Below are positions 48,903-58,217 of a stretch of 64,000 bases of DNA, piece after piece. The DNA comes from Comamonadaceae bacterium CG12_big_fil_rev_8_21_14_0_65_59_15 (GTDB lineage Bacteria; Pseudomonadota; Gammaproteobacteria; Burkholderiales; Burkholderiaceae_C). The notes beneath the pieces are model-generated. The model was not told the origin of the DNA. It saw only the letters and a list, made by a program, of their open reading frames with translations, and made no database searches. Made by a program: the position numbers and the translations under genes. The stretch covers positions 8,934 through 72,933 of the forward strand of contig PCUV01000104.1 in assembly GCA_002786915.1 (NCBI GenBank), in the 5' to 3' direction. Position 1 is the first letter of the stretch. Every line of letters begins with the position of its first letter.

Positions 48903-50378
48903 ATGCTAGCACCGCCTAGAATCCAGCGCCTCTTACCCCCACCCCGACACCCAGCATCTGCTGCCCTTGCCTTGACTACCCCCCTGCACCACCTGTTTCG
49001 CTACCCTGCCGCGCGCACCCGGCTAGGCGCAGAGGCGCGCGGCCTGTGGCACCTGGCGTGGCCGATTCTGGTGGGCCAGATGGCTTACGTCGGCATGGCC
49101 GTAGTGGACGTGGCCATGGCCGGGCACGCGTCGGCGCAAGACCTGGCTGGCGTGTCGCTGGGGGTGTCGATCTGGAACATGCTGATGCTGACCATCATGG
49201 GCGTGGTGATGGCCATCAACCCCATCGTGGCGCACCACGTCGGCGCGCGGGAGCTCAACCAGGTGCCGCCAGTGGTACGCCAGGCGCTGTGGAAGGCGCT
49301 GGGCGTGGGGCTGATCGGCTGCCTGCTGGCCAACGCGTCGGTGCTGCTGTTCGACCGGATGGCGCTGGAACCGTACGTGCACGACCTGGTGGTGCAATTT
49401 GTGCAGGTCACCAGCGTGGCGCTGCCGCTGTTTGCCTGTTACCGCGTGCTGTACGGTTACAGCACAAGCCTGAACCAGACCAAACCGCTGATGGTGATTG
49501 CCCTCATCTCGCTGGGCATCAACATTGTCGTCAACGGCTTGCTGGTGTTTGGTACGCTGGGTTTTCCACGCCTGGGCGGGCTGGGCTGCGCTTGGGCCAC
49601 ACTTGCCACCGTCAGCTTCAACCTGTGCGCGCTGGTGTGGTGGATGCACCGTGCACCCGCCTACCGCAGCACCTGGCCGCTGGGCCAGTGGGATGCACCA
49701 CACTGGCCGCAGATCAAAGGCCTGCTCAAGCTCGGCCTGCCCATTGGCATCACCTACTTTGCCGAAACCAGTGCCTTCAGTCTGATTGCGCTGTTGATCG
49801 CCCAGTTTGGCAGCACGCAAATGGCGGCGCACCAGATTGCGCTGAATTTTTCGTCGTTGATCTTCATGGTGCCGCTCAGTCTGGGCTTGGCGCTGCTCAC
49901 GCGTGTGGGGCATTCGCTGGGAGCCGGTGCACCCGTGCAGGCGCGTTACCAGGCCTGGGTGGGGGTGGGCATCGGGCTGGCGTTTGCCACCCTGTCGGCC
50001 ACGCTGATCGCGCTGCTGGCCACACCGATTGCGCGCGCCTACACCAGCGACGCGGCGGTGATTGCCCTGACCGCCAAGCTGTTGTTGCTGGCCGCGCTAT
50101 TTCAGTTGCCCGACGCCACGCAGGTGATCTCCAGTTGCGCGATTCGTGGCTACAAGGTGACGCGCGCGCCGATGGTGGTGCACATGACAGCGTTCTGGAT
50201 GTTTGGACTGCCCCTGGGCTACGTGCTGGGCATCGCGCCCGCGTGGTTGCCGTGGGCGCCCGCGCAGCCGATGGCGGCGCAGGGTTTCTGGATTTCGCTG
50301 ATCGTGGGGCTGAGCATTGCCGCTGTGGGCTTGACCGGATTGTTGCGGTATGTGGCACGGTCGCACGTGCCAAAGTAA
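48903..50378 (+). CDS. MATE family efflux transporter (NorM-like)
   Basis: LAWPILVGQ, VDVAMAG, LGLPIG, AAHQIALN, QLPDATQ, IRGYK; start uncertain. Confidence 0.92.
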   Translation: MLAPPRIQRLLPPPRHPASAALALTTPLHHLFRYPAARTRLGAEARGLWHLAWPILVGQMAYVGMAVVDVAMAGHASAQDLAGVSLGVSIWNMLMLTIMGVVMAINPIVAHHVGARELNQVPPVVRQALWKALGVGLIGCLLANASVLLFDRMALEPYVHDLVVQFVQVTSVALPLFACYRVLYGYSTSLNQTKPLMVIALISLGINIVVNGLLVFGTLGFPRLGGLGCAWATLATVSFNLCALVWWMHRAPAYRSTWPLGQWDAPHWPQIKGLLKLGLPIGITYFAETSAFSLIALLIAQFGSTQMAAHQIALNFSSLIFMVPLSLGLALLTRVGHSLGAGAPVQARYQAWVGVGIGLAFATLSATLIALLATPIARAYTSDAAVIALTAKLLLLAALFQLPDATQVISSCAIRGYKVTRAPMVVHMTAFWMFGLPLGYVLGIAPAWLPWAPAQPMAAQGFWISLIVGLSIAAVGLTGLLRYVARSHVPK

Positions 50379-50421
50379 AGATACGCAAACGGCAGTGCCC
50401 TATTCACAAGTTATCTTGTCG

Positions 50422-50638
50422 AACCCGCACGGCAACTGGTTTTGGCGGCCTCCTCATACGGGGGTACCCGAAATCGTCGGCCGCCAAAACCAGCCACCGC
50501 GCTGGACAGCGACGCAAAAGTGACTTGATGCAATAGCGGCTAGCCGGATGGGCACCACAGGTGAGCGCCGATTTCGGGTACCCCCGTATGAGGCACTCGC
50601 CTGTGGGGCCCGTCCGGCGGGTTGTGCGACAACGCTTG
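50422..50638 (+). repeat. 217-bp structured dispersed repeat, copy 2
   Basis: Colinear with 7336-7552. Confidence 0.85.
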
Positions 50639-50672
50639 TCAAGCCCTGCACAACACAACACCCACCCAAAAA

Positions 50673-51140
50673 CTACCCCTTGAGCCGGTCGTCCATCTCG
50701 GCTACCGCCGCAGCCACCGAGTTGCCCGACTGCTCCACCGCCAGCGCCAGGTTTTTTTCCAGTTGTTCCACGCGCGCCACCACAGCAGTCTGCACCGCTT
50801 TGTCAGACTCGGCCAGCTTGGTCAGTTCGGCCTCCAGGTAATGCCGCAACTCGGTAAAACGCGACGCCTCGGCTTCATCAGCCAGCTTGCGGTTGGTTTG
50901 CAGCTCTTTGGCGTTGGCGCGCGCGTCAAACATCACCGTCGTTTGCAGATACAACACGTAAATCAAAAAGAATGCCACCAGAAAAATCACAATCCCCAGC
51001 ATCACCAGACCCAGCGGTGCCTGCACGTCTGCCACGCCCAGGTTCAGCGCTGTCGGCGTCAAAATGGTGGTCCAATTCAGCGTGGTGAACCCCCCCACGG
51101 CCACCAGTACCAACAGTAACAACATGCTTCTCAATTTCAT
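50673..51140 (-). CDS. LapA-like membrane protein with coiled-coil tail
   Basis: Two TM segments, LNLGV..VQAPLGLVML, helical C-terminus. Confidence 0.7.
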   Translation of the reverse strand: MKLRSMLLLLVLVAVGGFTTLNWTTILTPTALNLGVADVQAPLGLVMLGIVIFLVAFFLIYVLYLQTTVMFDARANAKELQTNRKLADEAEASRFTELRHYLEAELTKLAESDKAVQTAVVARVEQLEKNLALAVEQSGNSVAAAVAEMDDRLKG

Positions 51141-51289
51141 TGTCCGATCCTTTCGTCTGAAGTTGACAACAAGCCAGTGTAACGACCGCACCCGAGCACA
51201 CCCAAACAATCAGTATCCTCGACCTCTACCGTTGTCCCAACACAGCCAACTGGTGCGAAAATTCATTCATCGCAACCAAGGAAAAAACC

Positions 51290-51685
51290 ATGGCCACCCG
51301 TACCACCCCAACTAGCGCCACAGCGAAACCCGCCGCCAAGGCAGCCGCCAAGCGCAGCGCTCCCAAAACTGCAGCAACCGCTACTCTGGCCCCAACCAAA
51401 GCCACGCCCACGGCAGCACCCGGAAAACCAAAGGTGGTCACTGCCAAACCGGTAGCGGCCAAGAAAGCCGTCAGCGAACCTAAAGACGCCAGCACCACGG
51501 TCATGAAGGCGTCCACCGCGCCGCGTCCAGCAATGACTTCAGAACAACGCAAGCACTATGTAGCAGTGGCCGCTTTTTACATTGCCGAGCGTCGTGGCTT
51601 TACGCTGGGCAACCCGCAAGAAGACTGGCTACAGGCCGAAGCCGAAATTGACCGCCTGATTGCCAGCGGCCACTTCGCCGTCTAA
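51290..51685 (+). CDS. DUF2934-domain protein with Lys/Ala/Thr-rich N-terminus
   Basis: VAAFYIAERRGF..G...EDWLQAEAEID. Confidence 0.85.
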   Translation: MATRTTPTSATAKPAAKAAAKRSAPKTAATATLAPTKATPTAAPGKPKVVTAKPVAAKKAVSEPKDASTTVMKASTAPRPAMTSEQRKHYVAVAAFYIAERRGFTLGNPQEDWLQAEAEIDRLIASGHFAV

Positions 51686-51702
51686 CGACTAAAGACTAAC
51701 AA

Positions 51703-52125
51703 CTAAAAACTGACCACCTCGCGCAGCCAGGGCGGCAGGTCGATCGCCTTTTGTTTGGGAAAGTCCACCCAGATGGCGGTGGCACCGCCGGCGGCGTAGA
51801 TCATGCCGGGCTCGTCCACCAGCTCCAGCGTGGTCCAGGTCTCGAACGTGGTGCGCGCGGCGTCGCTGGTGTACAGGCGGGCCAGCACGTCACCCGGGTA
51901 TTCCAGTTGCTTGTAAAAGTTGCAGAACGCGTTGGCAATCAGCGGGCCCTCACCCAGCGGGTTGGGCATGGCGTTGGCCGCGCGCATCCAGTCGAGCCGG
52001 ATCGTCTCCATGTAGCGAAAATAGCTGGTGTTGTTGACGTGGCCCATGGCGTCCATGTCGCCCCAGCGGATCGGGATCACCAGCTCAAACACCTGCTTTT
52101 TGCGCTCGGGAATCAATAGCTTCAT
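51703..52125 (-). CDS. Acyl-CoA thioesterase (4HBT family)
   Basis: IRWGDMDAMGHVNN..YFRYME. Confidence 0.92.
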   Translation of the reverse strand: MKLLIPERKKQVFELVIPIRWGDMDAMGHVNNTSYFRYMETIRLDWMRAANAMPNPLGEGPLIANAFCNFYKQLEYPGDVLARLYTSDAARTTFETWTTLELVDEPGMIYAAGGATAIWVDFPKQKAIDLPPWLREVVSF

Positions 52126-52703
52126 ATGCGTCTCCTGTGACTTGTCTTGACCTGGTCTGCGGCCGCCGTCCAGTGCCAGTGGTCGGCCACAAAAACTTCC
52201 ATCACCAGCAACACCGCCTGTCGGCGCACAAACGCCGAGCGGCGTGCAGACAGCGCCCGTGCGGTCAGGGTCTGGCCAGTGGCACGCTGCCAGCTTGCCG
52301 CCACATGGCGTTTCAAGGTACTGCCTGGCCCCAGCTTGGCAAACGCCAGCGGCGCGCGCGTGATGCCACCGCGCTTGAACAGCACATCGGCCAGCGGACG
52401 CGTGCCCAAACCACGCACCGAGCGCCATGCGGCCAATGAATCGGTATGCGCCGTCACGCTGCGCGCAAACACGCGCGGCACACCATCGACACGCAACACC
52501 ACCTCACGCACATAGCCCTTGCGTTGGCGGCCCTGACCCAGCACTCGCGCCTCATCCGCGCTCAGCGCCTGGTGTCCCTGCGCCAGCACCTGCACCGAAA
52601 ACTGTGTGCCCGTGGCGGCCAGGCGCGCGCTGAGCGACCCCGGCGCCTGCAACCAGCGGTGCAGCCCGCCACGACCGAAATTGCGACGCACCCACTGAAT
52701 CAT
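52122..52703 (-). CDS. ubiC: Chorismate-pyruvate lyase
   Basis: WL..PGSLSARL, REVVL, VFARSV, GTRPLA.VLF, ARRS.F, LVMEVF. Confidence 0.88.
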   Translation of the reverse strand: MIQWVRRNFGRGGLHRWLQAPGSLSARLAATGTQFSVQVLAQGHQALSADEARVLGQGRQRKGYVREVVLRVDGVPRVFARSVTAHTDSLAAWRSVRGLGTRPLADVLFKRGGITRAPLAFAKLGPGSTLKRHVAASWQRATGQTLTARALSARRSAFVRRQAVLLVMEVFVADHWHWTAAADQVKTSHRRRI

Positions 52704-53644
52704 CGGTGCGCCCTGACCGAAGCCACGATGCCCGCGGTAAACAAGGCTGCTGCCAGCCACTGCGCGGGCAGCGGCCACTGGCCGTCCCAGACAAAGGCAT
52801 AGAACAACGAAAACAGCGTTTCGCTCACGATCAGTTGCCCGCACAAACTCGGGCTCAGGTGGCGGCTGGCGGTGTTCCACAGCACGCTGGCGGCCCATCC
52901 GGCACCCAGTCCAGTTACTACGCAAACCGTAGCTATCAACGCTTTATTATCAAGCGCTAGAAGCTGATTTGGCTCTGAACCCGCAAGCAGCCACAAGAGC
53001 AGCGCACCACATCCGGTGGCCACGCCCAGCCAGTTGGCCCAAGCCAGCGCGCTAACTTTGGGGTGGCGCTTGAGCCAGGCGGCGTTGAGCAAGGCAAACG
53101 CGGTCCAGCTCACCATGGCTCCCAACGCCAACAACACACCCCACCAAAAACTCTGACCGGCCTGTGGCAGCGCTGCGGCTTGGGTCAGCGCCACCTGCAT
53201 CATCAGCACCAATCCGGCTCCCGTCAGCACCAAGCACGGCCAGAGCGCAGACCACTTCAGCCCCGCAGGTTTGCCCAACAGCATGACCCAGATTGGAATC
53301 GTGCCAATGATCAGTGTGGGCACCTCCACGCCACAGGCCAACACCGACAGCGCCAGCAGCAGGTAATAGCCGGTAGCACCCAGCGTGCTGAAAGCCACGG
53401 CGGTCGCCGCCTGGCGCGGCGTGGGCCAGGTGCGGCTGCGGCGCTGCAGCAGCATCACCAGCGTGGCAATCAGACCAAAGCTGACAAAGCGCGCGGCGGT
53501 CACATCCACCGCAGTGAGCCCCACCGTCATGCGCGGCACCACAAACACCATGCCCCACAAGGCACCCGCACCCAGACCTGCGGCAATACCGATCCAGGAC
53601 AAGGGTGCGCGGCCTGCGCCTGCGTCAAACGCCAAAACCGTCAT
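52700..53644 (-). CDS. DMT/EamA family transporter
   Basis: About 10 TM segments; GALWG..FVVP, LWN.AS..L, GQLIVSETLF. Confidence 0.85.
   Translation of the reverse strand: MTVLAFDAGAGRAPLSWIGIAAGLGAGALWGMVFVVPRMTVGLTAVDVTAARFVSFGLIATLVMLLQRRSRTWPTPRQAATAVAFSTLGATGYYLLLALSVLACGVEVPTLIIGTIPIWVMLLGKPAGLKWSALWPCLVLTGAGLVLMMQVALTQAAALPQAGQSFWWGVLLALGAMVSWTAFALLNAAWLKRHPKVSALAWANWLGVATGCGALLLWLLAGSEPNQLLALDNKALIATVCVVTGLGAGWAASVLWNTASRHLSPSLCGQLIVSETLFSLFYAFVWDGQWPLPAQWLAAALFTAGIVASVRAHR
52916..52979 (+). repeat. ~60-bp fixed-spacing motif inside the DMT gene (antisense)
   Basis: TACTAC-N7-GTAGCT-N17-AAGCGCTAGAAGCTGATTT. Confidence 0.8.
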
Positions 53645-54407
53645 CGGCCGAGATCACCGCACCGTTGATGAAATGGCTTTGATCCGAGCACAGCATCACC
53701 ATCAGCGCGTCCAGGTCTTGCGGCTGCCCGACGCGCTTGCGTGGCAGCATTTGCACCAGCTTCTGACCGGCCTCGGTCTGCCAGTGGTTGTGGTTGAGCT
53801 CGGTGTCGATATAACCCGGACAGATGGCGTTGACGTTGATGCCAAAGCGGCCCCACTCCTGCGCCATGGCGCGCGTCATCTGGATCACCGCCGCCTTGCT
53901 CATGCAGTAGATGCCGATCTTGGGCAACACGCGCAAGCCCGCCATCGACGCCACGTTGATGATGCGCCCGCCAGTGAAAGCACCGGGTGCTGACCCTTGC
54001 GCGCGCGCCAGCATGCGTTTGCCGACCTCCTGTGCCACAAAGAATGCACCCTTGACGTTGGTGTCAAAGACAAAGTCGTAGTCGCGCTCGCTCACGTCCT
54101 GAATGCGCTGCGTGGTGCTCACGCCCGAGTTGTTGACCAGAATGTCAATCGAACCGACCTCTGTTTCGGCGTGCGCTACCGCCGCCTTGATGGAAGCCTG
54201 GTCCGTCACATCCAGTTCAATCACGTGCGCGTCGCCGCCCTCAGCGTCGATCTGCGCGCGCAGTTCCTTGAGACGCTCCACGCGTCGGCTGGCCAATACC
54301 ACCGCCGCACCGGCGGCAGACAAAGTGCGTGAAAACTGCGCACCCAAGCCACCCGAGGCCCCGGTGATCAAAGCCACCCGGCCCGACAAATCAATGTTGT
54401 ATGACAT
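53625..54407 (-). CDS. SDR family oxidoreductase (FabG-like)
   Basis: TGASGGLG, LVNNSG, YCMSK, NAICPGYIDT. Confidence 0.93.
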   Translation of the reverse strand: MSYNIDLSGRVALITGASGGLGAQFSRTLSAAGAAVVLASRRVERLKELRAQIDAEGGDAHVIELDVTDQASIKAAVAHAETEVGSIDILVNNSGVSTTQRIQDVSERDYDFVFDTNVKGAFFVAQEVGKRMLARAQGSAPGAFTGGRIINVASMAGLRVLPKIGIYCMSKAAVIQMTRAMAQEWGRFGINVNAICPGYIDTELNHNHWQTEAGQKLVQMLPRKRVGQPQDLDALMVMLCSDQSHFINGAVISADDGFGV

Positions 54408-54603
54408 GAACCCACTCCAAATAAATAGTACGACCGTTCCGTTATGCTTGTGCGCAAAACTAGAATCGGGTTTTATCTCTGACAATCAACGTGCCAACAG
54501 GCACCCTGACCGTGCACCGATCTTAATCAGTTGAAGGAACGTCCCGGCCTGCGCCCAGCGGCTTTTTTCCAGCTCTTCTGTATTTAGCAAAGCGAGAATC
54601 ATC

Positions 54604-56295
54604 ATGACCCCTCAAGACATCCTGACCCAATTCGGCCCGCGTGAATCGATGGAATACGACGTGGTCGTGGTCGGCGCCGGCCCGGCTGGCCTGGCCACGG
54701 CCATCCGCATGAAGCAATTGGCGGCTGAAAAAGGGCAAGACGTATCGGTGGTGGTGCTGGAAAAAGGCTCCGAGCCCGGCGCCCACATCCTGTCAGGTGC
54801 GGTGCTCGACCCGCAGTCGCTCACTGAACTGTTCCCCGACTGGAAAGCGCTCGGCGCCCCGTTGGACCAACCGGTGACCGACGAAGCCATGCTGTTTTTG
54901 TCAGAAAAGACCGGCTACCGCACGCCCAACTTTCTGCTGCCCGCGTGCAGCCAGAACCACGGCAACTACATCATCAGCCTGGGTGCGCTCACGCGCTGGC
55001 TGGCCACCCAAGCCGAAGGGCTGGGCGTGGAAATCTTCCCCGGCTTTGCCGCCGCCGAGGTGCTGTACGACGACACCGGTGCCGTCAAAGGGGTGGCCAC
55101 CGGCAATATGGGCGTCGAGAAAAACGGTGAGCCTGGCGCCAACTTCCAGATCGGCATGGAGCTGCTGGGCAAGTACACCGTGTTTGCCGAAGGCGCACGC
55201 GGCCATCTGGGCAAACAGGTGATTGAAAAATTCAAGCTCGACGACGGCTGCGACCCGCAAAGCTACGGCATCGGCATCAAGGAACTGTGGGAGGTGGACC
55301 CCGCCCGCCACGAACCCGGCCTGGTGGTGCACACCGCCGGCTGGCCGCTGGACAACAGCACTTATGGCGGCTCTTTCATGTACCACATGGCGGGCAACAA
55401 GATTGCCATGGGTTTCATTACCGGGCTGAACTACCAGAACCCGTATTTGAGCCCGTTTGAAGAATTCCAGCGCTGGAAGACGCACCCCAACATCCGCTGG
55501 TACCTGACCAACGATGCCGGGGAAGTCACCGCAAAAAGAATAGCGTATGGCGCCCGTGCCATCGCGGCAGGGGGCCTGTTATCCTTGCCCAAAACAGTGT
55601 TCCCCGGCGGCGCGCTGGTGGGCTGCGATGCGGGGTTCTTGAATGTCAGCCGCATCAAGGGCAGCCACAGCGCCATTAAGAGCGGCATGCTGTGCGCCGA
55701 GGCCGCGTTTGAAGCGCTCACGGCTGGACGGGCGCATGATGAGTTGGGCACTTATCCGGAAAAGTTCGAGCAAAGCTGGCTGTACGCTGAACTGAACAAA
55801 TCTCGCAACTTCAAGAGCTGGTTCAAGTACGGGCTGCGCGTGGCGACCCTGATGAACGGTTTTGAGCAGTTTGGCCTGAAGGCGGCCATGCCCTGGACGG
55901 TGCACCGCGACAAGCCGGATCATGCGTACCTTAAACCAGCCGCAGAGTGCCAACCGATTGAGTACCCCAAGCCCGACGGCAAACTCACCTTTGATCGATT
56001 GAGCAGCGTGTTCATCAGCAGCGCCAACCACGAAGAAAATCAACCGTCGCACCTGACGCTGAAAGACGCCAGCGTGCCGGTCAACATCAATCTGGCCAAA
56101 TACGCCGGTCCCGAGGCGCGCTATTGCCCGGCCGGGGTGTATGAGTTTGTCAAGGACGAGGCGGGTGCCGACAAATTGCAGATCAACGCCGCCAACTGCG
56201 TGCATTGCAAAACCTGCGACATCAAGGACCCGACACAGAACATTGTGTGGGTCACGCCCGAAGGCGGCGGTGGGCCAAATTACGCAGAGATGTAA
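54604..56295 (+). CDS. Electron transfer flavoprotein-ubiquinone oxidoreductase
   Basis: GAGPAGLA, GAHILSGA, IKGSHSA, YCPAGVYE, NCVHCKTCDIKDP. Confidence 0.97.
   Translation: MTPQDILTQFGPRESMEYDVVVVGAGPAGLATAIRMKQLAAEKGQDVSVVVLEKGSEPGAHILSGAVLDPQSLTELFPDWKALGAPLDQPVTDEAMLFLSEKTGYRTPNFLLPACSQNHGNYIISLGALTRWLATQAEGLGVEIFPGFAAAEVLYDDTGAVKGVATGNMGVEKNGEPGANFQIGMELLGKYTVFAEGARGHLGKQVIEKFKLDDGCDPQSYGIGIKELWEVDPARHEPGLVVHTAGWPLDNSTYGGSFMYHMAGNKIAMGFITGLNYQNPYLSPFEEFQRWKTHPNIRWYLTNDAGEVTAKRIAYGARAIAAGGLLSLPKTVFPGGALVGCDAGFLNVSRIKGSHSAIKSGMLCAEAAFEALTAGRAHDELGTYPEKFEQSWLYAELNKSRNFKSWFKYGLRVATLMNGFEQFGLKAAMPWTVHRDKPDHAYLKPAAECQPIEYPKPDGKLTFDRLSSVFISSANHEENQPSHLTLKDASVPVNINLAKYAGPEARYCPAGVYEFVKDEAGADKLQINAANCVHCKTCDIKDPTQNIVWVTPEGGGGPNYAEM
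55531..55594 (+). repeat. ~60-bp fixed-spacing motif, degenerate copy inside ETF-QO
   Basis: ATAGCG-N17-CGCGGCAGGGGGCCTGTTA with locally AT-rich codons. Confidence 0.5.
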
Positions 56296-56307
56296 GCCAG
56301 CGCCACT

Positions 56308-56892
56308 TTACCGCACCGCGCGACGCCGCTCGGGTCGTGCGGCGCGGCCTTGCGGAATCACCTGATCAAGCGCGTTCAGCGCTTGCTGCACGGCAGCCCC
56401 GTCGCCCGCTTGCTGCGCTGCAACCAGTTGTGTGAGCCGGTTGCGTACTGCAGTCAACCGCTCGCGGTCCATTCGGCGCTGCTGCTCGGTCAGGTCGAGC
56501 AACTGGTGGCGGCGCTGCAAGGTTGAATCAACGCTGAAGTCAAGCGCGGCCGTTTTCGCCATCATTTGTCTGAAGGCTCTCAGAATCGACTGCACATAGC
56601 GGCGCCACAGCCAGTCACCCAGCAACAGCGCCACCGCGTTGACCAGCACAAAAATGCCCAGCAACCGCGCCGATTCATGCAGCAGTTGCGTGGCAATCGG
56701 TTGCGTGTCGGCCATGTGGATGCGGTACAGGTTGTCTTCCACCACCGCGCTCAGGCGCGCATACATCAGCCAGGCCAGGCCAGCAGCCAGCGCCACCTCC
56801 AGCACCACCAGGCCCACAAGCAACCATTTCTGGATCGATTCATCCACGTAATGAATGCGGCGCTGGTATCGGGGGGCAATTTTTTGTTCCAC
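56308..56892 (-). CDS. Two-TM hypothetical membrane protein with helical C-terminus
   Basis: ORF; QRRIHYVD..IQKWLL then two hydrophobic segments. Confidence 0.75.
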   Translation of the reverse strand: MEQKIAPRYQRRIHYVDESIQKWLLVGLVVLEVALAAGLAWLMYARLSAVVEDNLYRIHMADTQPIATQLLHESARLLGIFVLVNAVALLLGDWLWRRYVQSILRAFRQMMAKTAALDFSVDSTLQRRHQLLDLTEQQRRMDRERLTAVRNRLTQLVAAQQAGDGAAVQQALNALDQVIPQGRAARPERRRAVR

Positions 56893-56909
56893 GGCAAGCC
56901 TTTATGGGT

Positions 56910-57695
56910 TCAGAGTGAATGACATTGCAGGCACAACTTGGAGCCACTGTTGGTCACCACCAGTTGCCCATGCTGCTTTTTGTAGGGTTCGTGGCAAGAC
57001 ACACAACTGAGCTTGCCAGCGGGCAACCAGATCTCTTTGGGCAGCGACGACCGGGCTTTGAAGGATCCCCCCATGGCCGGGTAATTAATGCCAATCGGGT
57101 GGTTGGCACCGCCACTGCTGTGGCGCACCAAGCCTTGCGCCGTGACGCGCACGCCGGCCGCATCCCCCTCGGTGTTGTGGCACCCCAGGCACTGTAGCGA
57201 CAGCGCATCCACATTGCCCAGCCGGTTGATTTGCGCCATGTCCGCAATGGCGTGGCCCGACTGTTGCAGCGACACCCCGCCGTCTTTCATGCCACTGAAG
57301 AACGCCGCGTCGTGGCACGCCATGCACAGCGCCTTGCCACGACGCTTGTCGCGCATCAACCCCGGCGTAGAGCCGTGCACGGCGTGGCAGGTGCTGCACG
57401 TCATGTCGCCTTTCCAGTCCAGCGGCAAGTCAGCCGGGGGCTTGACCCTGGGCGCAAAGCCGCTGGGATGGCTCATGCGCTTCACATCTTTATGACAAAT
57501 GCCACACAACATCTCTTGCGATCCAATCAGCCGCCCAGCCTTGTCGGGCGTCACGTTTTGCCCGGCCAGGTGGCAATGGCTGCACTGTTTGTCCATCAGA
57601 TGCGCGCCGTCGCCAAAAGCCGCATACAGCCAGGCTACAGCGCCCAACAGCAACACGGCCAACGCAGCCAGCCCGGCTCTTTTAAAGTTGGCCAC
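56910..57695 (-). CDS. Heptaheme c-type cytochrome (doubled-CxxCH type)
   Basis: Seven CxxCH motifs: CSHCH, CGICH, CSTCH, CMACH, CLGCH, CVSCH, CLQCH; N-terminal signal/anchor. Confidence 0.93.
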   Translation of the reverse strand: MANFKRAGLAALAVLLLGAVAWLYAAFGDGAHLMDKQCSHCHLAGQNVTPDKAGRLIGSQEMLCGICHKDVKRMSHPSGFAPRVKPPADLPLDWKGDMTCSTCHAVHGSTPGLMRDKRRGKALCMACHDAAFFSGMKDGGVSLQQSGHAIADMAQINRLGNVDALSLQCLGCHNTEGDAAGVRVTAQGLVRHSSGGANHPIGINYPAMGGSFKARSSLPKEIWLPAGKLSCVSCHEPYKKQHGQLVVTNSGSKLCLQCHSL

Positions 57696-58209
57696 GATGC
57701 TCTACCTCCTGCAATCGGGCCAGCGCTTGTGGCAACGCCTCACCAGATGGCACCTTGCGGCAATCCGCCAGCGCGTCGCGCAGGGCACCGTAGTGCTCAC
57801 GCAGGTGCGCTTGCGCTGTCTCAAACTCAATCCACTCCTGCTGTAGTGCGTCGCCGACGCGAATCGACAACGGCCGGGCAAACGGGTCCTGCAAAATTGT
57901 TTTGAGGTTTTGCGCAAAGCGAAACAGCGGCCCGGCAATGCGGTGACTGCTGTAAAGCGAAATCAGCCACGTGGCCAGCGCCGCCACGGTCACCGACAGC
58001 AGACCAAACACCAGCATCACCGGCCCCAGTTTTTGTTGTGTCAAGCTGGTGCTCATCACAATAGCGCTGTAGTTGCTGCCTTGCGCGTCGGTAGCCCAGG
58101 TAATGGCGGCCAACAGTCCGGCAGCAGAGACCAACGCCACCAGCAGGGCAATTTTTCCCACCCATTTCACAGGCAACAGTTCAGACGGTTGGGGTTCAGA
58201 AGTGGACAT
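57682..58209 (-). CDS. Two-TM protein with HAMP-like segment
   Basis: Two TM segments, then SHRIAGPLFRF....IR.GD. Confidence 0.75.
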   Translation of the reverse strand: MSTSEPQPSELLPVKWVGKIALLVALVSAAGLLAAITWATDAQGSNYSAIVMSTSLTQQKLGPVMLVFGLLSVTVAALATWLISLYSSHRIAGPLFRFAQNLKTILQDPFARPLSIRVGDALQQEWIEFETAQAHLREHYGALRDALADCRKVPSGEALPQALARLQEVEHRGQL

Positions 58210-58217
58210 GGTGCGAC

